DNA of 64,000 nt from Acidobacteriota bacterium (lineage in GTDB: Bacteria; Acidobacteriota; Terriglobia; Terriglobales; SCQP01): the NCBI GenBank assembly GCA_027315185.1, contig DAHUYO010000004.1:3005-67004 (forward strand), in the 5' to 3' direction. The translations under genes and the position numbers were made by a program. Shown in pieces: positions 58,107 to 64,000 of this stretch (its first letter is position 1; each line of letters begins with the position of its first letter). The notes under the pieces are model-generated. The model was not told the DNA's origin, did not search any database, and saw only the letters and a list, made by a program, of their open reading frames with translations.

Positions 58107-59576
58107 ATGCGCACGCTGCAAGCTGGATGGCGGATGGGGGTGATGGATCTGCGGCTGGCCGCGCGCACGCCGGCGGCGCTGTTTTTCACCTTCGTCTTCC
58201 CGCTGGTTTTTCTATTCGCCTACGGCGCCATCTTCGCCCAAGGCTCGCCGCGCATGGTGGCCTATCTGTTTGGCCCGGTGGTGGTGCTGCAAATCCTGTC
58301 CAGCACGTTTTTCGGCCTTGGCATCCGCGTGGTGGCGATGCGGGAGCGGGGGATCCTGCGCCGTTACCGGCTGGCGCCGGTTGGCGCGGGGGCGATGGTG
58401 TTGGGCAGCCTGTTCACCAATTTCCTGCTGCTGGCGCCCACGGTTGTTTTGCTGTTTCTTTGCGCCCGGCTGGCCTTTGGCATGCCCTGGCCCGGTAACG
58501 GCTGGAAAATCGCCGCGATCGTGATCGTGGGAGATTTCGCTCTGGCTGGGTTTGGCCTTGTCATCGGCGCATTGGCGGAATCCATGCAGGAGGCGCAGGT
58601 CTTCAGCAATGCGCTGTTTTTCCCGCTATTGTTTCTTTCCGGCGCCACCATTCCCTTGGCCGAGCTGCCACATTGGCTGCAGCGCGTAGCCGCCTTCTTG
58701 CCGCCGACGTACCTGGTGTCGGGCTTCCAACAGGCGATGCTGGGAAGCGGCCGTGGCGCGCTTCCGCCTGTGCAGCTCTTGGCTCTGGTCGCGTCCGGCG
58801 TGCTGGGCCTGCTGGCGGCGGTGCAATTGTTCCGCTGGGACAAGGAAGAGCGGCTGCCGGCGCGGCGAAAGCTGGGCACATTGGCGCTAGTGGCGCCGTT
58901 CCTGCTGACCGGCGTCTGGATGAACGCGCACCCGGCGGGCCTGGCGGCCTGGCGCCAGACCCTGTCCGTGGCGACCGAATCAACGGCGGCGAAGCAGCCC
59001 CCAGCCAGCCGACAAAAGGCGGCAGGCGCCGCGCCCCGACACGCAGCGACTGTTGCGGCCGCCGCGGCGATCAGGCCCGTGCTGGTCAGCGCCTTCGCCG
59101 ATCCCGGCGGTCCGCCCCGCACCCGCTTCGGCGCCGGCTGGACCGCCATGACCGACGCATTCCTGGGCGGAAATTCGCAGGCGAGCCTGAAGGTCATCGC
59201 GGGTGGCGCTCCGGGCAGCCGCGGTTCGCTGCTGGTCACGGGCGCCGTCGCCAGCGGCATCGCGCAACCCTGGGCGGGTGCGGCATTCTATCCCGGTCCG
59301 GCCCCCTGGGCGCCGGCGGACCTGTCGGCGTGGCGGTCCATCACGTTTTGGGCCCGCGGCGGCCGGCATGCCACGACTTATGCCCTGGTTCTGCTGACCG
59401 CCCAGCGCCGCAGCGACCCGCCGGTGAAAACCTTTACCGCCGGCCCGCGCTGGCGCCGCGTCACCATTTCCCTCGCCGCGATGACCCCATACCGAAACGA
59501 GGTCGAGGCGGTCCTTTTCGTAGCGGCGCAGCCGGGTAGGTTCCGGCTGCAATTGGACCTGGTGGGCTTGCGCTAG
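58107..59576 (+). CDS. ABC-2 permease fused to a CIA30/CBM11-like domain
   Basis: RERGILRR, FLSG..P; C-terminal W...TD...GG.S, DLS....I.F..RG beta-sandwich. Confidence 0.8.
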   Translation: MRTLQAGWRMGVMDLRLAARTPAALFFTFVFPLVFLFAYGAIFAQGSPRMVAYLFGPVVVLQILSSTFFGLGIRVVAMRERGILRRYRLAPVGAGAMVLGSLFTNFLLLAPTVVLLFLCARLAFGMPWPGNGWKIAAIVIVGDFALAGFGLVIGALAESMQEAQVFSNALFFPLLFLSGATIPLAELPHWLQRVAAFLPPTYLVSGFQQAMLGSGRGALPPVQLLALVASGVLGLLAAVQLFRWDKEERLPARRKLGTLALVAPFLLTGVWMNAHPAGLAAWRQTLSVATESTAAKQPPASRQKAAGAAPRHAATVAAAAAIRPVLVSAFADPGGPPRTRFGAGWTAMTDAFLGGNSQASLKVIAGGAPGSRGSLLVTGAVASGIAQPWAGAAFYPGPAPWAPADLSAWRSITFWARGGRHATTYALVLLTAQRRSDPPVKTFTAGPRWRRVTISLAAMTPYRNEVEAVLFVAAQPGRFRLQLDLVGLR

Positions 59577-59618
59577 CGTTGGCGAGCGGCGGCGGACGTC
59601 GGCCGGCAGGCGGCGGGA

Positions 59619-60374
59619 TTAGCCGCTGGCGCGGGAGGGGCGTTGGACTCGCTGGGCTATCAGGTTTTGTGAGCGCAGCAGGCTTTCGAACGTTCCGGCG
59701 TCGGTCCACCATCCCTCCAGGCGGGAAAACTCCAGCGTGCCTTCGGCGATGTACAGGTTGTTGACGTCGGTGATCTCGAGCTCTTGCCGCGCCGATGGCC
59801 GGCAGCGGGCGATTTTGTCAAACACGGTTTCGTCGTAAAAATAGATTCCAGTCACCGCCAGATTGGAAGGCGGGCGGATGGGCTTTTCCTCAATGCGGGC
59901 GATCTTGGCGCCGGAGGCATCGAGCACCGCAACGCCAAAACGCTCGGGATCGGGAACCTCTTTCAGCAAGAGGCGAGCTCCCCGCGACTGGGAAAGGAAG
60001 GCGTCCTTGGCGGCGATGATGTCGCGCTCAATCAAGTTGTCGCCCAGCACCACGCAGATCGGCGAACCGGCGGCGAAGTCCTTCGCCAGGGCCAAAGCCG
60101 CGGCGATGCCGCCTTCGCCCCGCTGATAGGCGTAGCGCAGTGAGCAGTTCAGCTCCTCGCCGTTTTCCAGCAAGCGAAGAAAATCGCCGGCGTTGTGGCC
60201 GCCGGTGACCAGCAAGACTTCTTCAATCCCCGCCCGCACCAGCATCTCGATGGGGTGGTAGATCATCGGCCGGTCGTAGACCGGCAGCAGATGCTTGTTG
60301 GTGATCTTCGTCAGCGGCAGCAGGCGCGTGCCCAAACCGCCGGCGAGGATGATGCCTTTTAAATGTGGCTTCAT
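59619..60374 (-). CDS. rfbA: Glucose-1-phosphate thymidylyltransferase (short SpsI type)
   Basis: GIILAGGLGTRL.P, NKHLLPVYD, WTDAGT. Confidence 0.88.
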   Translation of the reverse strand: MKPHLKGIILAGGLGTRLLPLTKITNKHLLPVYDRPMIYHPIEMLVRAGIEEVLLVTGGHNAGDFLRLLENGEELNCSLRYAYQRGEGGIAAALALAKDFAAGSPICVVLGDNLIERDIIAAKDAFLSQSRGARLLLKEVPDPERFGVAVLDASGAKIARIEEKPIRPPSNLAVTGIYFYDETVFDKIARCRPSARQELEITDVNNLYIAEGTLEFSRLEGWWTDAGTFESLLRSQNLIAQRVQRPSRASG

Positions 60375-61405
60375 GCTCGCGCCTCCGGGCGGCCCTCGGC
60401 CAAACGGCGACCATACTGGCGCTCGTAATAGCCGCGAAAGCTACCGTCGCGGATGTGGGCGATCCACTCTGGATGCCGCCGATACCACGCCACGGTTTGC
60501 CCCAGCCCGTCGTCAAAGGCCACTTCGGGCCGCCAGCCAAGCTCCCGGCGGGCGCGGGTGGAATCGAGCGAGTAGCGGAAATCGTGACCGGGGCGGTCGG
60601 GCACGAAGCGGATCAGAGATTCGCTGGCCCCGGTCAACTGGAGCAAGCGCCGCACCAGGGAAAGATTGTCCAGCTCGTCATCGCCGCCGAGATTGTAGAC
60701 CTCGCCGGGCATTCCGCGTTCCAGAACGGCGAGGATGCCGGCGCAATGGTCCTGGGCATGAATCCAATTGCGGACGTTCTTCCCCTCGCCGTAGACAGGG
60801 ATCGGTTCGCCGGCAAGGGCGTGCGTGATCACCAGGGGAATGAATTTCTCCGGAAACTGATAGGGGCCGTAGTTGTTGCTGGCGCGGGTGGTCAGCACCG
60901 GCTGCCGATGGGTATGAAAGGCGGCGCGAACCAGCATGTCGGCCGCGGCTTTGGACGCGGCATACGGGGAGTTGGGAGCCAGCGGGCTGGATTCCGTGAA
61001 GCGGCCCTGCGCGCCCAGCGTGCCGTACACTTCGTCCGTGCTCACCAACAGAAAGCGCGGCGTTTGCGCCTGGCGGGCGGCGTCCAACAGCGTTTGCGTG
61101 CCTTGCACATTGGTGCGGATAAAGGCCGTCGCGTCCAAAATGCTGCGGTCCACATGGGACTCGGCGGCGAAATGCACCACGGCGTCCACGCCGGGCAATA
61201 GATGGTCCAGCAAGGCGCGATCGCAGACGTCGCCATGCACAAAGCGGTACCGCGGCTCCGCGTCGAGAGCCGTCAGATTTTCCAGGTTGCCCGCGTAGGT
61301 CAGCGCGTCGAGATTAACGATCTCCCAATTCGGGCGCTGCGCCAACACGTACTGCACGAAATTGGCGCCAATGAAGCCGGCGCCGCCAGTCACCAACACG
61401 CGCAT
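60371..61405 (-). CDS. rfbB: dTDP-glucose 4,6-dehydratase
   Basis: TGGAGFIG, AAESHVDRS, STDEVYG, YAASK, DRPGHD.RY. Confidence 0.95.
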   Translation of the reverse strand: MRVLVTGGAGFIGANFVQYVLAQRPNWEIVNLDALTYAGNLENLTALDAEPRYRFVHGDVCDRALLDHLLPGVDAVVHFAAESHVDRSILDATAFIRTNVQGTQTLLDAARQAQTPRFLLVSTDEVYGTLGAQGRFTESSPLAPNSPYAASKAAADMLVRAAFHTHRQPVLTTRASNNYGPYQFPEKFIPLVITHALAGEPIPVYGEGKNVRNWIHAQDHCAGILAVLERGMPGEVYNLGGDDELDNLSLVRRLLQLTGASESLIRFVPDRPGHDFRYSLDSTRARRELGWRPEVAFDDGLGQTVAWYRRHPEWIAHIRDGSFRGYYERQYGRRLAEGRPEARA

Positions 61406-61428
61406 AAAGGCCCTATTATGCGGCCAAA

Positions 61429-62157
61429 TTACCCTCCAAAGCGGAATAGATCCGCCCCTTGCTCGGCCGCCGCCTGCGCCCGTGCCAGCCGCTCTGGCGT
61501 GCCAATGTCTACCAGCGGCCCTTCCGCCGCCAGCGCGGCCATGCGTCCATCCAGGTACTGGGGCAGAATCTCGCGCTCTAGGGAGACGGCGCGGCCGGCG
61601 GGGATGGCCGCGAGCACCTCGCGGCGGAAGAGATAGATGCCGGCGTTATGCACCGGCGCGCCGGCGACGGCCTGCTTTTCGGCGAATGCGCGCACCCATT
61701 CTTCGGAGTCCACCAGCAGTGAGCCGGCATCCTCGCGATCCTCGGCTGTGGCCGAGACCAGGACAATCTCCGCGCCGGTGGCTCGCTGCCGCGCGAGCAA
61801 CGCGGCGAGGTCGAACGGCGCCCAGCTATCGCCGTTGAGCGCCAAAACGAACTCGCCGCGCAGTTGCGGCAGCGCCAGACGCAGCGCGCCGGCGGTGCCC
61901 AGCGGTTCGGTCTCTTCCGAAAACAACACTTCCGTTCCGCAGTCGCGGCGGTGGAAGTATTCTCGGATCTGTTCCCTGCCCTGGCCCGTGCACAACACCA
62001 CGCGCGGGACGCCTTGCCGCGCCAGCGCGCCGATCAGCCCCGCCAGAAACGGCCCACCTCCGATGCGAACCATCGGCTTGGGCACGCCCAGATCTAGCGC
62101 CTTCAGCCGCGTGCCAAAACCGCCGCACAAAATCGCGGCGTCAGGAGTGGTAGCCAT
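61429..62157 (-). CDS. Sugar-1-phosphate nucleotidyltransferase (HddC-like)
   Basis: LCGGFGTRL, PKPM, PLGTAGA, NGDS, DIGTPE. Confidence 0.8.
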   Translation of the reverse strand: MATTPDAAILCGGFGTRLKALDLGVPKPMVRIGGGPFLAGLIGALARQGVPRVVLCTGQGREQIREYFHRRDCGTEVLFSEETEPLGTAGALRLALPQLRGEFVLALNGDSWAPFDLAALLARQRATGAEIVLVSATAEDREDAGSLLVDSEEWVRAFAEKQAVAGAPVHNAGIYLFRREVLAAIPAGRAVSLEREILPQYLDGRMAALAAEGPLVDIGTPERLARAQAAAEQGADLFRFGG

Positions 62158-63451
62158 CGTGCGGATTCCGCGTTGGCGGGGACGCGCGGGCCACGCCGGC
62201 GGCGGCGGCCGCCGCCGCCGTTGGCGGCGCGGCATCGCCGCCCTCGTCGTGCCATCGCTCCAAACAACTGGAGACGAAATCCGCCATGCGCGGATAGAAG
62301 CGGCTGACATCAAAGCGCTCCGCTTGCTTCCGCAACACCGCGGGAGAGAATTCCGCCTCGCGTTCCTCAAAAGCGGTCATGGCAGCCACCAGGCCGTCCG
62401 GGCTCTGCTCCGGAAAGAAAACCCCGGTCGCGTCTGGGGGCATCGGCTGCCCTAGCCACCAACCCCGCACGGTTTCCAGGGCGCCACCCCGGCCGAAGGC
62501 GATCACCGGAGCGCCGCTGGCCTGCGCCTCGATCGGCGTAACGCCTTGATCCTCCTCGCCCGGGAATAACAGCGCGCGGCACCGGCTGTAATGCTCGCGT
62601 ACGGCGGCGCCGGAACAATTACCCAGCATACGCACGGTTGGGCCCGCACGCCGCCGCAGCGCCGCCGCCTCCTCACCGGAACCGATGACCACCAACTGCC
62701 GGCCTAGGCGATTGCAGGCCTCGATGGCCAGGTCCACGCGCTTATACCCAACCAGGCGCGAGACCACCAGATAGAAGGGCTCCCGCTGCGCCGCGGCCTG
62801 GAACGACCCAGTGTCGATCGGACAGTAAATGACCGTGGCGTCCCGCCGGTAGAACTTCCGGATCCTGCGGGCGCTGGTGAGGCTATTGGTGGCGAAGAAA
62901 TCCGGACGGGATGCCGTGGCCAGGTCCCACTGCCGCACATAATGGCTGGACAGCGCGAAGACAGCGCGGCCCAGGGCGCCACCCGGCGCCTGGCGGCGGT
63001 ATTCCGGGTACATCTCCCACAAATAACGCATCGGTGAATGGCAATAACAGATATGGCACGTCTTGGTGCCGGTCACGACGCCCTTGGCCGGGCCCGAGTC
63101 GGAGCTTATGACCAGGTCATAACCGCTCAGATCAAATTGCTCCAGAGCCAGTGGAAATAAGGGCAGAAACAGGCGGTGGTAGCGGCGTGAGCCGGGCACC
63201 TTCTGCAGCCAGGAGGTGGTCAGCTTCCGGCCGCGCAGCCGTATTGGAATCCCTTCGGGCCGGGCAGTGAGGGCAAACAGGTCAGCCTGCGGGAAAAGTT
63301 CGGCGAGGTGGGCGACGAACCCCTCGCCGCCGCCCTGGCGAACAAACCAATGGTGAACGATCGCCACTCGCAGGTGGGCAAAGCGCCGGATCAAATCGGG
63401 CAACGGAGTTGGGCCGTTTCGAGCCCAGTCCGCATTAGGCGTGATGGCCAT
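62141..63451 (-). CDS. GT4 glycosyltransferase (WbaZ-like)
   Basis: HHWF...GGGE, YCHSPMRY.W, SRLVGYKR, EDQG...IEAQASG. Confidence 0.9.
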   Translation of the reverse strand: MAITPNADWARNGPTPLPDLIRRFAHLRVAIVHHWFVRQGGGEGFVAHLAELFPQADLFALTARPEGIPIRLRGRKLTTSWLQKVPGSRRYHRLFLPLFPLALEQFDLSGYDLVISSDSGPAKGVVTGTKTCHICYCHSPMRYLWEMYPEYRRQAPGGALGRAVFALSSHYVRQWDLATASRPDFFATNSLTSARRIRKFYRRDATVIYCPIDTGSFQAAAQREPFYLVVSRLVGYKRVDLAIEACNRLGRQLVVIGSGEEAAALRRRAGPTVRMLGNCSGAAVREHYSRCRALLFPGEEDQGVTPIEAQASGAPVIAFGRGGALETVRGWWLGQPMPPDATGVFFPEQSPDGLVAAMTAFEEREAEFSPAVLRKQAERFDVSRFYPRMADFVSSCLERWHDEGGDAAPPTAAAAAAAGVARASPPTRNPHDGYHS

Positions 63452-64000
63452 AGACGCGCTGGCGGTCCCGCGCCAGGTCGGCGGAAAACGGCTCGCGCCG
63501 CTCGTAGTGAATCAACTCGCTGCCGGAAGCGGAAAAGCGGAAGGGAACCAGAAGCAGCCGGTCCAGCGCCTGGCGCACCCGGGCTTGGCACTCCGGGGGC
63601 ACGAAAAGCAGCATGAATCCGCCGCCCCCGGCGCCCAAAAGCTTGCCTCCCAAGGCGCCCGCGCTCCGGCCCGCGGCGTAGATCTCATCCAGGGCGGCGT
63701 TGCTGATGTTGTCGGCCAGGCGCCGCTTCAATTGCCACGTTTCGTCGAGCAGCGCGCCAAACTCGGACAAGGGGCGCGAGTTGTCGATCAGCACCTTGGC
63801 GGCGGCGTCCACCATCCGCTGCATGGCCGCCAGTTCGTCCTGGCGCTTCGGCGTGTTGGCGATCTGTTGGCGCGCGATCTCCGAGGCGGTGCGCGTAAAG
63901 CCGGTGAAGAATAGCAGGAAGTGGCGCTGGAGCTGCTCCAGGCGCTCCGGCGCCGTGACGACGGGTTGCACGCTGACCGTCCCGTCTTGGGCGAACCGGA
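63435..64000 (-). CDS. GHMP kinase, HddA-like heptose-7-phosphate kinase (partial, 5' end outside window)
   Basis: FFTGFTR.AS, W.LKR, GGKLLGAGGGGF. Confidence 0.85.
   Translation of the reverse strand, partial: RFAQDGTVSVQPVVTAPERLEQLQRHFLLFFTGFTRTASEIARQQIANTPKRQDELAAMQRMVDAAAKVLIDNSRPLSEFGALLDETWQLKRRLADNISNAALDEIYAAGRSAGALGGKLLGAGGGGFMLLFVPPECQARVRQALDRLLLVPFRFSASGSELIHYERREPFSADLARDRQRVYGHHA

Overview
High-GC bacterial chromosomal window. Gene content (DUF4760-like protein, Ig-repeat lipoprotein, stand-alone nuoB, GTAG-type REP palindromes) suggests Acidobacteriota, which is an inference. Most of it is housekeeping and carbohydrate metabolism: tRNA-Gln, a GntR/ROK/SIS/MFS/GH42 sugar locus, ppc, selD with an in-frame UGA and SECIS-like hairpin, galU, mpg, zapA, amtB, GH116, queD/queE, ispH, tkt, and heptose/dTDP-sugar genes. 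Three small DNA-processing cassettes with no integrase or transposase are embedded: a DUF262-HNH gene (1.3-2.9 kb), a zinc-finger-less RadA/Sms paralog coupled to an HNH-fold protein with substituted catalytic residues (7.55-9.38 kb), and a Vsr/C5-methyltransferase/endonuclease module (42.8-46.0 kb). The RadA-like/HNH-like pair is the best candidate for an undescribed system. Also seen: a degenerate phosphotransacetylase-like ORF after selD, two gene remnants (VapC, beta-helix) and REP/REPIN-like repeats. No CRISPR array was seen. All family assignments come from motif recognition by eye, not database searches.
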